Assembly: GCA_021613535.1 (NCBI GenBank)
Contig: CP075493.1
Span: forward strand, 10,726,001-10,790,000
Length of the DNA stretch: 64,000 nt
Origin: Adineta vaga
Taxonomy: Eukaryota; Animalia; Rotifera
Reading direction: 5' to 3'
In this document: positions 28,914 through 43,618 of the stretch, in pieces
How the letters are laid out: each line of letters opens with the position of its first letter
How positions within the stretch are numbered: position 1 is the stretch's first letter
Made by a program: the position numbers and the translations under genes
Notes under the pieces: generated by a model
What the model was told of the DNA's origin: nothing
The model's database searches: none
Seen by the model: the letters and a program-made list of their open reading frames with translations, nothing else

Positions 28914-29160
28914 GCATTTTTTTGTAAATCTTCTTTTTTAATCAATAAAAAAAGTCATTATCTAGCGAACAAGACTTATAGTCTTTTGTCTATATGAACA
29001 TAAAGAAAAGATAAATCAACTTGTCTCTCTCTCTCTTAGTTACAGTCTGCATTATCTTATCATCATGACCTGAACATACTTTTCGAACGTTCGAATGTAC
29101 ACTACATATATCTATAAATAGCCAATGAACACAAGGACAGTTTAAGCTGATAGAAAAAAA

Positions 29161-30934
29161 ATGAGCTTAATAGCGATTTTTCTCATCTGTATTGTACTAC
29201 TTCTTGTGTTTTATACAATTTATGAACGTTTTTGTTATTTTTCAAATCGTTCCATTCCATGTCCAAGACTGCCATCGATATTTCTTGGTCATTTATCTAC
29301 TCTTTGGTCAGTGATATCATATTCTGAACAACTTCGTCAATGGACTCAACAATATGGTTCTATCTATGGCCTTTTCGAAGGTATTCGACCGATGTATGTC
29401 GTATCAGATGTAACATTTATCGAAGAAGTCCTCATTAAACAATTTACCCGTTTTCCTACTCGACGACCAACATTAATAACTCGTTCAGTAGGTCAGAAAC
29501 TTTCCAATGTATTTTCGGCTTGTCTTCTATCTATATGGAAACGACAACGTAAAATACTTACACCAACATTTAGTGGAGCAAAAATGCGACGATTATTACC
29601 TACAGTTGAAACTTGTATTCATCTTTTTCTTGAAAAATTATCCATGACAAAAGATGGTACAATAATTAATATTTATGAGCTATACAAACGTTTGACAATG
29701 GATGTTATTTGTATGTTTTGTATTTGATTTTAATCTTGATAAATTCAATGATTTGATTTTGCATAGGTCGATGTGCATTTGGTATTGATACAGATATACA
29801 AAATGATATGGAGAAGAAGAATATTTATATGAAAAAAGTAGAAGAACTCTTTGCTAAAAATGCTGAATATACAGTTTTAGCTAAGATGCATCGGATAACA
29901 TCTCATACTATACTAGGAAGTATATGTGTAATCTTATTTCAATTGAAACGATTTTTTACAAAGAATGAATCATCAATTCAAGCAAATATTTGGTTAATGG
30001 AACACATGCATGATTTTATTCAACAAAGATTTATTGATATTAAATCACAGAAACCAACTGATGATCTTCTTCAACTAATGATCGATGCTGTTCATTCTGA
30101 TAAAGTTTGTTTTCTATATGTTTTCGAATCAATAAATTCCTTTTCGTATTTGAATATATAGGATCAATTAACATCAACAGAATTACTAAGTAATGTATTT
30201 ATTGTGTTGGCTGCTGGTTTTGAAACAACATCAACTGCATTGGGCTATTGCACTTATCGTCTTGCTCTACATCAAGATATTCAAGAAAAATTATACGCAG
30301 AACTTACCGAACATTGGGATCCTAATGATAATAAAACTTATGATATTATTTCATCAAAATTAACGTATATGGATTTATTTGTAAAAGAAGTTTTACGAAT
30401 GCATCCACCGGCTCCTCAAGTAGTTCATCGTCAATGTATGGAAGATACACATGTAGCTGGATATGAAATTCGAGAAGGTTTTTTTTCTATTGAAATAGTT
30501 AAGAAAAGAAAATTTGAACATCGAATATTTTGTTTTATTGATAGGTACATTGATTCAAATTGATGTACTTTCTGTACATTATGATCAAGAACTTTGGGGT
30601 CCTGAACCAGCAGATGAATTTCATCCAGAACGGCATGCACAAAAACGACATTCAGTTGCTTTTATGCCATTTGGTGCTGGACCAAGAATATGTCTGGGAA
30701 TGAGATTTGCATTAAGTAAGTTTGCTCGTATATGATGGGAAGATTATCTATTTTATTGGTACTTTGTATTTGATAGTGGAAACCAAATTATGTTTAGCTC
30801 AATTGATTAGTACATATCGTATTTTACCTTCGTCATCTGAAGATTATAAATTGAATATTAGCGAACAAATTGTGATGACGCCTGATAAAGTCTGTATCAA
30901 GTTGGAAAAGCGAATCAAATCTTCATTTCATTAA
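29161..30934 (+). CDS. Cytochrome P450, CYP3 clan
   Basis: N-terminal TM, WKRQR, AGFETT, EVLR, PERH and heme motif FGAGPRICLG. Five exons. TATAAA at ~29113. Confidence 0.95.
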
Positions 30935-31147
30935 TGGCAAAGTTCTGAATACTTTTTTTGAATATTAGAATAGAATTAGTTTCTTTTTTTTTGCAATTAT
31001 TTCATCTCTAAATAGGATAATATAATCACCAAGATATATTGCACACTAATAAATCATTGATATTTCTCTGTCATTTATTACACAAAATAAAAATTCATAT
31101 AATAATTAATATATTTTTAAAAAGTCTGTTATTTTTCAATGAATAGA

Positions 31148-32792
31148 TCAACGTTGACGAAGAACATTGATCAAACGTTTCTTACGTCCAATACTTTGAT
31201 CAGCTAGAATATATGGTCCTGCACGAACATTGTTCGTATCTTTTATATTCGCTACTAAATCACTCAGATCATATGTTGGTATATTGATTTTGTTCTTTGA
31301 GAATATGTTGCTAAAAAATGATTTCACTTTGTTGTAAGCAGATTTGACACTGTTCTTTATATCTGTAATGAAACTATCACTTTTCTTCAAACTTGCTTTG
31401 AGATACGGTGAAAAGAATCGAAATCGTTGTCCTTGAGCAACTGCATCCGATACTTGTTGTGCTATGGCTTCTGTTGGATGAACAATGAAGAGACGATCAA
31501 AATTATCATTTCCAATTTCTTGTCGAAGATCGTTTAGAAAACGTTCAGTTGCATTTATAGCAAATGAAACAGCTTGAAAACTAAACACACGAAAGTGGAA
31601 TGCCTACGATTATCTACAAAGAAAGACTTCGTCTTACTGAAGATTTGAATGTGGTGAAAAGATTAAACTATTCGAATCTTTATTGATTCCACCAATTGCT
31701 GGTACATGTGAGGACTCATCCATAACAGAACCATGAGAACATTTGCCAATGTTTGCTGGCTTACTAATAATTTCATTATTTTCAGTAGATTGATTGAATA
31801 AATATCCACTTGTGAGTATTTGTTGAGTGTTGATAGTTGATAGAATGTTGTTTGAACAATCATAATAAACAAGTGGACATTTTCTTATGGTGATTTTTTG
31901 CCAAAGATTCTAGAAAACATAGTATTATTAGTGTATGAGAAAGACAGAATATATATGTACTACTTACACAGTCTTGTGTTTTTTTCGTGCAACCAGTATC
32001 GGAACATGTGGCTTGATTAGGTGCAGCAACTTGTCCAATTGTTTCACTGTGTCCAATGAGAGTATTTATATCTATGTTACCCATTTCGACCCAATTCGAA
32101 TGTGAATAGAAATCTTGTAGTGTGTGAAGTGATTTTCCTGTCATTTGCCGTGCATCAGTTAAATCTTTATCAGGATTGCGTGAATCTTCCACAACTTAAA
32201 ATAGTATAAAAAACTAAATTATATTGATATAATCTTTTTCTATCATTTACTTTTTTGTCTAAGTTGCATAATACGACGACTACCATTGCTGAAAGCTTCA
32301 CTATCAAAATGTGCAGCAGATAATACTTTTGTATCTGGATCGAAATCAACCAAAGCATTATGTGTCATTACCAAATCGAGAGTAAATTTCAATGGATATG
32401 AGTAGAGTTCTACTTGCGCATCATTATATTCTGGATGTGCTAGTTTGTAGAGTTCGTCAATAGTATATTCCTTATCAAAATAGTCTTGCTCATTAACAGT
32501 ACCACCATTATTATTATTAGGAGCAATGCGTGTTTCATAGAAGAAACGAGCAAGACTACGAATGAACGCAAGTTCTGTAATGTCTGCATGTGTAATACCT
32601 GTATGAAAAGGAAAAAAAAAGAGATTATAGTTAATGAAGAAAAGATGGTATATAATGAAAAAACTGACTGTCACTAGTGAGACCACCCTCCGCAATCAAG
32701 GGATGTGGAACGAATGCATTGGTATATGATAAATAAATAGTAAAGTAAAATAACCAATATGTACAAGAAGTGAACATTGTGGATAAGTGCAT
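31148..32792 (-). CDS. Secreted VWA7 N-terminal-domain protein (no vWA domain)
   Basis: Signal peptide, then S|ITHADIT, AAHFDSE, and GKSLHTLQDFYSHSNWVEMG. Cys-rich middle. Multi-exon. Confidence 0.75.
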
Positions 32793-33603
32793 TTAAGTAT
32801 CGAAAAATAAGATTAATGAATATGTTATGCGATCTCTCTAAAATCATCTATATTTATATGGTAAATACAGTAATGACGTATATAAGTACTACAATAGAAT
32901 GACGTTATATAATATTTTTCGTATACTCTTTCACACGATCAAATTAATCGAACAAATTACAGGTGAAAGCGTTAATATATGCGTATGTGCTATGGTGTGT
33001 TATATTTTATTTTCGTACCGTATGCATAATATATACTATTATTAATACGGTACTTTAGGTTTGAAAAGATTCTTTATGTCCTTAGAAGTCAAATAAAATC
33101 TGACGACAAGCATTTATATTTTCAAAAATGAAAAAGAAATATCTTAAATTATACTCATTGAAAATTCCTATCGAATGAATTGTATTGAGAATACTGCATT
33201 CGTATATTTATATAGACATGATTCTTTTTAATTTAAAATAAAACACAAATATGTATAAGCAATTAGAAGCGATAGATGGCGTTATCAACTAATTACACGA
33301 ATATATTAATATTAATAACGGTAAGTATTAGATGATCTCATCATAAAATAAGATCACTATGAGCTATTTCGATGAATCTATTTTATCAAAAATTCCATTT
33401 GTAGTTCCTTACAAAAGATGCACAGTATATCTTAATCATTGGTCAAAACTTTCTCCGATAGTAATCGATTATGAATCATCTACTAGTACCAATACCAACC
33501 AAACTTGAAGAAGAAGAAAATCTTACTATTCTTGATTTCAAATGATTTATTTCGAAATAACATTCTTATCCTTATTATTTGTTTATTTAATTCTAGAAGA
33601 AAG

Positions 33604-36555
33604 ATGTCCGCGAACGATCGATTAACTCGAAGTTTACCTCATTTACAAAACTTAATCAAACGAGATTCAGATGCCTACCGAGAAGACGTAAAATAAGCAG
33701 ACGAAGCAAAATCATTCGAAATTAATTATATTTTTCTTCACACTTTAGTTTAAACTTCAATATCTACATTTTGAAAGTCAATTCACGGAATTAACAGCTA
33801 AACCAGATGCTTGGAATAAATCTCTAGCAGAAAATATTTCATTTGTTTCACAAGTATGTTGTATCTATAAAAACGGATCATGTAGAATAATATTTTCTCT
33901 TGAAATTTAGGTTGCTCATTGTTATCCCGAAGAATGTAAAGGATTATCACAAATGTTTATGGACGTTCTTCGACTATATTCATCTGTTCTTAATAATGAT
34001 ATTCGACTTGTATGAAACGATTGCTCTTCAACAAAAAAGAACCCATCATTATTTTTCTTTTCATCCATAGGTAATTGTTCGAGCATTGATTTTGATGCGT
34101 AATCGTGGTTTAATTGATTGCGTTCAATTATGTGAATTATTTTTTCTTCGTTTATTACAATGTCAAGATCGTCTTCTACGTGTTGTTATTCAAACGCATA
34201 TTATTAATGATATTAAAAAGCAAAATGAAAAACATAAAAATCATAAATTAAATAGTGTTGGTTTCTTCTTTTATACCAAACTGAAATATATATTCAATCT
34301 ATTTTTTAGACATTACAAAATTTCATGTGCACAATTATTAAAGAAAGTAATGCAACAGCTGTTAAAATGGCACTGGTAAGTATAGTCAATTGATCTTTTT
34401 TTTTTTAGAAATAATCAGATTAATCAAAAACGATACGATTCATTTAGGATATTATGATTGATTTATATCGAAAGAATATTTGGAATGATACAAAAGCAGT
34501 TAATATCATCGCTTCGACATGTTTCTCGAAAATTACCAAAGTTTGTTCGATTTAATTTCATTCCAGAACATTTTCAAATGAAGTTTCTATTTAGGTTCAA
34601 GTAGCAGCATTGAACTTTTTTCTTGGTAATAATCAACCGAAAGATGACGATAAAGATTCTGATTCAGATGATGTAAGTCAATAGGAAAGTTCGATTTGTT
34701 TTCTTAATGCAAAAATCTAAATGTTTAGGATAAAGTAACAAAAAAAGATATTCTACTTGGTCATCGTGTTGGAAAGAAATCTGCTAAACGAAAAAAGAAA
34801 ACTGAACGAGCATTAAAAGCACTTGAAGTTAGTTTTTGTTTTTAAAATCGAAAAGATAAAACAAAACTTTGATTTTCTCTTAGAAACAAAAGAAAAAGAA
34901 GAAAGTTGAAGTATTCGATTTCTCTGCTCTTCATCTTCTCTATGATGCACAAGGTAACTTAAACATAATAATATAAAGTGTCTCGTGAAATAAAGATTTT
35001 TGTAGATTATGTTGAACGTTTATTTCGTCAATTGGAATCATCGAATGAACGTTTTGAAGTGAAATTACTTCATCAAGATTTAATTTCACGTTTAATTGGT
35101 CTTCATCAGTTACTTCTATTAAATTTCTATCCATATTTACAACGATATCTTCAACCTCATCAACGTCAAGTGACAAAAATTCTTTTATTTGTTGCTCAAG
35201 CATCGCACGAATATGTTCCACCGGATATTTTACAAAGTATTTGTAAAACAGTTGCAAATAATTTCATTACAGAACGAAATTCCGGAGAAGTCATGGCTGT
35301 TGGGTTCGTTTTGAAAATAAATTAAACATATCTAGAGGCTTTCTTCTTCTTCTTCTTCATCTCTTTCAGTTTGAATACAATTCGTGAAATTTGTGCGAAA
35401 TGTTATTTAGCCATGGATGAAGATTTATTACATGATCTTTCCAAATATAAATCGTATCGAGATAAATCGGTGGCAGCATCAGCTCGATCATTAATTCAAG
35501 TCTTTCGTGAGAAAAATCCACACCTTCTTGAACGAAAAGATCGAGGCAAACCAACTGAATTTCAACGTGATCTTGTACCACTTGCTTATGGACAAACCAG
35601 TGCAAAATCGTATCTTGAAGGTGCAGAAACACTTCTAGATGATGCTCATGAACAAGATAAACAATCCAATGATGATGAGGAGGAGGAAGATGATGATGAA
35701 CAAAATGGTGAAGGAGAAGGTTGGGTAGATGTATCAAATTCAAGTGATGAGGAAGAGGAAGAAGAAGACGATGACGAAAACAAAAATAATCAGCAAGAAG
35801 ACAATGAAAATAAGGTATAGAATTGATTTTTATTTTGTATGTGCAATATTCTATCTAGATGGAAGTACCGATGACTGAAGAAGAACGTCGTGAACGTGCT
35901 ATATCTATCAGTACACAACGTATTTTAACACAACGTGACTTTGAACAATTGAAAATTCTTGAAATGAAAAGACGAATACAAGATCGACGACGAAATCGTT
36001 TAGAACACGCAATACCTACAAGTAAAAAACGGAAAACAATTGAAATTAATACTGATTCAGATTCGGATGGTGAAAATAACAAAGAAAAATCCGATCAAAA
36101 GTATGTTTTTATTTTTATTTTTTCATCCAAGAAAACTGAATTTTAATTATCAAATTCTTTAGTTCAAATTTAATATCCTTGAAAGATATCGAACGAGTAC
36201 ATAAGAAACGTGCTCATGATAAAGAATCTCGTTTAGAAACTGTTCTTGTAAGTATAGATATTTGTTTGTTGATGATTTATATGATCAATTTTTTAAGGCT
36301 GGTCGCGAAGGACGAGAAAAATTTGGTAAATGGAAAAAAGAAAAAGGTCATGCTGGTACAACAAATAAAGAAAAATTGAAAAATAAAAACTTTCAAATGC
36401 TTAAACCAAAACTACGTAAAAAACAAAAACGATCATTTCGTGATAAACAGGTTTGATGAAAATTAATACTTAATACGTAATCATATATACATCTTTCTCT
36501 TTCATTCTAGATTGCACTTCGAGATTCATTGTTAAAAGATAAACGTCTTCGATAA
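33604..36555 (+). CDS. SDAD1: Protein SDA1 homolog (60S biogenesis)
   Basis: [78 protein letters not shown]. About 13 short introns. Confidence 0.95.
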
Positions 36556-38758
36556 TTATTTGTTGTTTTTATCAAATAAAATAAATCATCGTTGACTATT
36601 AACAATTTAACCCTGTACTATCTTTTTCAATAATATGTATCATCATAAACGAAAAAAAAATAACTTGCCAATAAAATAGTATCATTGTTAATGTCAAAAA
36701 GAATAGATGTACTAATGATTTCTTTCTAGCTCTGCACATTTTCAAAGTAGCAAAACTTGACAAAGTCATATGTTTGTTATGTTTATATAGAATAATTTCA
36801 TGAAATAGAAAATATGCATCAGGTTACATTTAGTTGTTAATCACCATCAGATTTTATCGATCTGATCTGATTATTTCCATTCAAAGTAATCTTCTCATTT
36901 GGTGACAATTATAATGAACTTCCTTATTTTCTTTTTTGTGAAGTCATTAATAAAAATATTCATCTTATTTCCTGAAGACAATAATGTACTTAAATGAGAA
37001 TGCATGAGAAAACAAATCATATTTGTCTTTTAGCAACAAGTGTCCTTATCTTTCCTTCTTCTTCTTCTTCTTTTTTTCTTCTATCTTTACGATTACAAGT
37101 TGCACCTGTTTTTCTCGATTCGTCATTCAATCAAATGCAAGTCGAATATGTGTTTCCTTTATTAGAGAAGATTTCTTTTTATTGATGGGAAACACCAATC
37201 TTCAATGTTAATAAAAAAATGATTCTACGACGAAAAAGAACATTGCTGTTACTTGGATCTATTTTTGTTTTCACCTAAAGTCAGGTACTAATAAAAAGTA
37301 ATTAGACCCTATTTTTCTGTTAAACTCATTCATTTTGTTTTTTAAAAGCAATGAAAAAGAAGGAAATTAGATACTCGGTTTTTATAACTAAATACTACGT
37401 ATAAAAAGCGGATTTCTTTTTCTTTTTCTTTTTCTCTTGAAAATAATGAATTTGTGTTAGAAAAGATTATAGGGTATGCAAATAATCATATTTATTAAAT
37501 GGCGAACGTTCTTCGTTGAAAGCTTTTTTTTACTGATATACCGTGTTTTTCTCATATACTACGAACAATACTATAGGCAAGAACAAAAGAAACTTAAATA
37601 TAGACCAACCAAACGGATGGTAAGCATAGACAAAGGTTTTTATTTTTATTTTTGAATAAATATATTAGAAAAAAAAACTAGGTACTAGTTTTGACAGATG
37701 TCTTTCAATATTTTATTATGTAGTTGAAAATAGCAAGTAATGTCATTTGTTATTGAAAGTTTTCGTGTTAAATTGATTTATTTCGTCTAAATTATCTGTA
37801 AAATAATAAATTACGGATGATTTATCAAAAGATTAAAGGATGTATGTTATCATCATCGGAATATTTAGTAAACAACTAGAGAACAAAATGTCATTGTAGT
37901 CATTTGATATCGATCTCTTGAGAGGAAAAGAACTGACAGATTATTACATGAAAAGAAACAAACTGACAATTGTTTCCATTCATTCATAAAGTATATAGGA
38001 TGATGTCTAACTTAATTTCTCGAGATCTAAATTATCTAGAAGAATAATGAAATCTGACAAATTGCCTGACATAAACCAGTCGAAAATATATATAAATAAA
38101 TAATCTGATGCTTTACTATCGTTTTCATGAGCGAAGGAACATATTTTTTCTTCTTATTCTTAGTTCTATGTATAGAGATGACAAAGTATAAGAAACGGAG
38201 AAATCTATGACGAAGAGACAAGAATGGAATGCATCAGCTATCGTAGGTGGTAGAACTATCATAATAATCGTAACCTGTTTCTCATTAGAGAATCTAACAC
38301 ATTCAAGTTGCTTGACATACATTTTCACACATAGTAATCACACAAAAATCTCTTTTTCATATGACATTTTGATACTAGCATCGATTAGGCCCAGTTATGG
38401 ATGGAGAGATGAAATACATCGGTAAGTTGAACAAAGACATTATCTATTCACATGGGAAAAAAATTTATTCTTAGAAATTTAGCATAGGTCATTAATTATA
38501 TGAGAAAAGTAGGATATTAATACATTTTAAGTTATTCAACTTTGAATAAATGCATTCATAAAATGAGATAAGATAGAATAGTTGATTTGCGAAAGAGAAT
38601 ATATGGATTTTCTATCTAAAGTATGTCTGAAGAGAAATATGAAGAATGTCACCGAAGGCTAATCGAATGAAAACGAAGAAGATCTGTTTGTAATTATCAG
38701 AATTTGGTTGAAATCAATTCGTTTCTTTTTTTCTTCAGATAAACATACGTCGAATTAA

Positions 38759-40202
38759 ATGATGAATAAAAGTGAAAATGATCTGACTTTCTCCATGAAT
38801 ATTAATATGAATCATATTTTAACATTTTTATTTCTATTAATTGAACTTATTGGTATATTAGGAAATCTTCTGGTGATTATATCAGTCGAATTTGATGCAC
38901 GAATGAGACGATCATTAACCAATCAACTGATTGTTCGTGTTGCTTCTTGTGATTTTCTCATTCTTATATTTAATATCCCAGATATAATTCAATTTGTTTC
39001 ATCACCTACGGGAAATTGGGTTCTTAGTCAATTGTCTTGTAAACTTATTCGAACAATACTTGTTTTAGCACAATATGCGTCTGTATTAACAATGTGTGCA
39101 TTAACGACTGAAAGGTTGTCAATGAAATTCTTATTTTCTTTATTAATGAAAGCTTTTTCTCTAGATTTATTGGAATTGTTTATCCACTTCGTTCAAAACT
39201 ATTACGTGAAAAACAACATGTCATTTTTATTACATTTATCGTTTGGATCTTTTCATTCTTATGTGCCTCACCAAATTTATTCTATCTACTTGTACTCACT
39301 GATCCTTTATCGTCACGACGTGCATGTACACTTCAATATTCAACGAATAATACAATCGATAATCAACGTAGTTATATTATCCATAAATCCTTAGAATCAA
39401 TTATCTTTTATTTTCTTCCACTTTTATTACAAATCTATTGTTATACGAGAATTGCTCGACAATTATTTCATGTTGATGATGCACTTCAAGCATCATTTCG
39501 AACTGCTGTCAAATCATCTGTTCAACGAGCACAAGTTTGTTTAATTTTTTTTTAAAGACTCAGTTTGAATGTTCTTCTTCTTCTTTAAAGGGTGACATCG
39601 ATGATGAAGATGATTATACTGACAATGATGATAATTCTAGTACGAAATATACTGGAGTTGATTCCATTTGTCCTTCATCGATTCGTCGTGCAAAGCAAAC
39701 ATCACCAACCAATATGACTTATCTTAATCCACGTCAACCATTTAAAACGACCTATCCAATACATCGAACAACAGTTGCTTATAATGCATTAAAATCACGT
39801 CGAAATGTTATCAAAATGTTGTTTATTGTTGTCCTTATTTATTTCATTTCATTTAGTCCACAAGTTCTCATCTTTGTTTTATTTGAAACTAATCTCATTC
39901 AACATGTACCGGAATTTATTCAAACACCCTATTTTATTGCATTTACAATGCTTCTTGTTACGATTAGTTCGGCGTCAAATCCAATTGTTTATACAATTTT
40001 TTGTTCGAAATTTCGACAGAGTTTTTCAAAAGTTCTTCGAAGACTCTTTTGTTTTTGTCGAAAAAGCTTTGATTACCATTCAAAACGAAGACCCTTATCC
40101 TTACAACAAATGCAAGCATCGAATCAACGATTGAATGAAAGACTACATAGCAGTGGACGCATACATTCAAATACAAATGAAAAACATCGAATACCATCTT
40201 AA
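38759..40202 (+). CDS. Rhodopsin-class peptide GPCR
   Basis: GILGN (TM1), VASCD (TM2), TER|FIGIVYPL (TM3), RRNVIKML (TM6), SASNPIVY (TM7). Two introns. Confidence 0.9.
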
Positions 40203-40602
40203 ATATATACGTTTACGTCAAATAAAATGACTGATTCGTTTTTCTCAACTAATATACATTGTTCATTCGTGGAGAATTATAAATAAATTTCAAATATATG
40301 ATATTTCTTCTCTATTTTGCATGAATTGACTGCGTTTATATATGAGAGCTAATTCGTTTGTTATTTCTATCGATTGAATTACCTTTTATTCTTGATATTA
40401 TTAAAGGTAAAGAGACAGCGTGAAAGAAAAAAGGAAGTAGATATAAGATACTAACTTGTCAACGAAAAAGGTATCAATACTATTTCTTTCTCGAGTCGAT
40501 TTTTTTCTTCAAGGTCAATCCCTTGCTTAAATGTAAATGCAAAACAACAAATTTTAATCAATCATTTATTCATTATTTGAGGGTGGGTGATAAATCGTAA
40601 CA

Positions 40603-40887
40603 ATGAATGGTCAAGTAGATATCGACGATACCGATCAAAAAGACGCACAACAATCTAATATTCAAGGAATTTTTTCTGGTATTCAAAGATTGAATAATTT
40701 TATAACATGGACATTCGAACGGCCTTTTACAATTATAAATACTGCTGTTGAAAATGTTCAAAGTATTATTACTGGTAATGCAGCTAATTGTGCTCTATGT
40801 ATGTGTGTAACAATAAGTGTAACACTTTCTGTTACAAGTGTTGCTGTAGGAATTGGTGTAGGAGTAGGCGTTGGTTGTTCTTCATAA
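40603..40887 (+). CDS. Small single-pass membrane protein with Cys/Gly-rich C-terminal helix
   Basis: 94-aa ATG ORF ending CALCMCVTISVTLSVTSVAVGIGVGVGVGCSS. Resembles the convergent neighbour. Confidence 0.6.
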   Translation: MNGQVDIDDTDQKDAQQSNIQGIFSGIQRLNNFITWTFERPFTIINTAVENVQSIITGNAANCALCMCVTISVTLSVTSVAVGIGVGVGVGCSS

Positions 40888-40941
40888 TAAAAAAAACTAT
40901 TTTTCTAATGAATATATTATTTATTGATAAAATATTTTGTG

Positions 40942-41340
40942 TTAGTAATCTTCGGGCTCTAAAATGAGTGTGTAATTAGGTGAACCAGTAATAATGGAAC
41001 TACTTGAATTAGAAAAGGTAGAATTTGTACTATTAGTTATATATGATTTAGCGCATGATAATCCTACGCCAATTCCCACACCTAAACCGATTCCAGTTGA
41101 ACATACAACACCAGTAAGTGCACCGCAAACACAAACGGAAAATAATGGTGAACAAAAACTAGGAATTTGTATACCAATATAATTTAATATAGTTAATGGC
41201 AATTCAATAGCTATAAAAATTAGATGTTGTATAAGCTCCCATGTATCATTAAACATCGTCGAACAAGTCATTTCATTATCTTTTTCCTTGAGCTGTACGG
41301 TTCGCAATGGTGTTGGTGCTCGATAACGTATTGACGCCAT
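40942..41340 (-). CDS. Small single-pass membrane protein, paralog of 40603-40887
   Basis: Likely start MASIRY (41340). Contains FIAIELPLTILN and CVCGALTGVVCSTGIGLGVGIGVGLSC, then a Ser/Thr/Asn-rich tail. Confidence 0.6.
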   Translation of the reverse strand: MASIRYRAPTPLRTVQLKEKDNEMTCSTMFNDTWELIQHLIFIAIELPLTILNYIGIQIPSFCSPLFSVCVCGALTGVVCSTGIGLGVGIGVGLSCAKSYITNSTNSTFSNSSSSIITGSPNYTLILEPEDY

Positions 41341-41619
41341 TCTAAACATTCGAATTGTACATAAAGAAAAAAAGAAACGAACTACTTCCTTTTTTTTTCT
41401 AATACGCTTACCTATCTTATCCTTCAAAACAAAAGTATGCGAACGGTGTGACATGGATTGTAGGTTTTTATTTTATTTATTATATACGCAAAGTACAAGA
41501 AAATCGACATAAGACAACAAGCGAGATTTTATAGAAAAAGAGAAGAAAAAGACGAAGATGACAAAAATTATTTTAAAAAAAACGAAACAGTTCAGATCAT
41601 AGAAATGTACAAAGTACAA

Positions 41620-43618
41620 TTAATTAATAATTGCTGATGAACACATTAAATTTACACCACATGTTCCATCACCACGGTACAAACGATAATAACCCTATAA
41701 ATAAAATCATTGAAGAAGTCTTTTTTCTTGAAAACAAAATTAAAGTTTGTAATTTACTTTTTCACCCCAATGTGCACCCCAACTATTCTTTATAATCCAA
41801 TATGGAATTGATTTTGAACCTAAATTATATAAAGTAGAATATATTCAAAAAAGCTATAGATCTATATTAATCTCACCCTTTTTTTCAGCACCATAACCAA
41901 CTAATAAAACACCATGATTCAAACCTTGTGGATTACAGAAAGCACGTCGAGGATGAGCAACACCACGAAAATAAAACTAGAAACAAATGTTTAACAATCT
42001 ATGTATAATAAATTAATTCCATCACTTACTTGCATCATATTAGCATTCAATCCAATAGAAATAGGTGCATTTGTTGCTAACCATTCAGCCATTCCTATGA
42101 TAACAAACATAAATGAATATTTTATTCGTGAAAATTTCAGTTTTTTTTTCGTACCATTTTCATCCGATGTGATATTAACATAACTATCGATGTTAACTTT
42201 AATTTTAGATTTATCCAATAGGCATTGATTATGTTGTTTGCCTTCATATTTATAATCTTCTTCTGTCATTAATCCACCCATACTGATTATTTGTCCGTAA
42301 GCATCAGTCATATATCCACCATTACATCCTTCATCAACTTTATCACAATCGACCAATTCTATTTGATGGAGAAAAAAAGATTAAAATCTCTTTCTGGAAA
42401 TTAAATAAAAACGTTCTATTAACCTTGTTCAGACAACGAAATTAAATCGCCTTTTTTTGCTTTCCAAACACCTTCAATATTACCCGTGACACTGAATGCC
42501 CAACATGAACCACATTGACCTTGATTTTTAACATCAGTGACAGCACTCAGATTACGCCAATCAAATGCGTCTGGTGAAACTTTCAATGGATCTTTTGAAG
42601 ATCCTACAAATTGTTCAACAACATGTTTTGACAATGAAAGACGTTCATTTAAATAGTGTTGAGTATATTCTTCTTCTAGAAATATCAGACAAAGAAAAAT
42701 GTACATATGGTGCCAAATGAAAAAGATCAAAACAAACCATTAAGATCACTTAAATGTGTTATTCCATAAATAGCTGTGCCTTCTTCTTGTTCATTGAATT
42801 GTTCAATTCGATTTAAATTTTGTTTGAAAACTTGAAATCGTTTTTCTTTTTCTAAAAGAAAATAAAGCAACATATCAAATCAACGAAAGAAATAGTAATT
42901 CAATCATACCTTTATCATTAAGATAGAGTTTTTGATGTAGTCTTTGAAAGCGTTCAAATAAATGCGTATCATAATCATTGACTTCATCAATAGAAATATG
43001 TTCTACAGGAACTTTAGTTCCATACTACAGAATTTAAAAAAATCATAATTTGATCAAACAAACCGACAGTAAACTTACAAGAAATGGATAAGGAATTTTA
43101 TTTGCATTACGTTGAATATCTCCACCAATTAATTGTTGATTTTGTGAATCTTGTTCAAGTGATATACAAATTATTGCACGAACAAGTGCACGAATATGTC
43201 CAATAGGATCATCATAAACTGATACTGGACATTCCAATTTCTGAAAAACAAAAATCACAATGACATGAATTTGATAAATTTCATTCTTCTCGTTTATATT
43301 TACCATATTATTATCAGTTGAAGTAACTTGAAAATTAACTGTAAATATTTGACGACTATTTTTCAGATCAACCTAAAAGAAAATTTACTTTTCTAAAACT
43401 GACATAGTTGAAAGTCGAATTATACATACTGCAGTTTTTATTTGAAGAATATGCGATGCACGCATATGTTCTTCATTTCGAAAATGTTTTGCTAATGCTG
43501 AATTAGCAAAGGAAATTATTTCAGCATCTACTGTTGACAATTTTTGTTCATAAATCTTTCGTTCTGTTCCATTAATGGAAACAATGCACAAAACAAATAA
43601 CAAATACACTAAAAGCAT
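41620..43618 (-). CDS. CTSF: Cathepsin F-like papain-family protease
   Basis: Signal peptide, cystatin-like N-terminal region, I29 prodomain ([21 protein letters not shown]), [38 protein letters not shown]. Confidence 0.92.

Noticed and set aside
29082-29095. 14-bp palindrome TTCGAACGTTCGAA as a heat-shock element
   Set aside because: Only two correctly spaced nGAAn units.
29161-30934. P450 as a member of the sterol cluster (e.g. CYP51)
   Set aside because: It is 28 kb away, has introns and shows clan-3 motifs (AGFETT, GPRIC) rather than CYP51 motifs (AGQHTS, GRHRC).
33015-33053. Small hairpin GTACCGTAT...ATACGGTAC
   Set aside because: Arms are too short to distinguish a transposon relic from chance.
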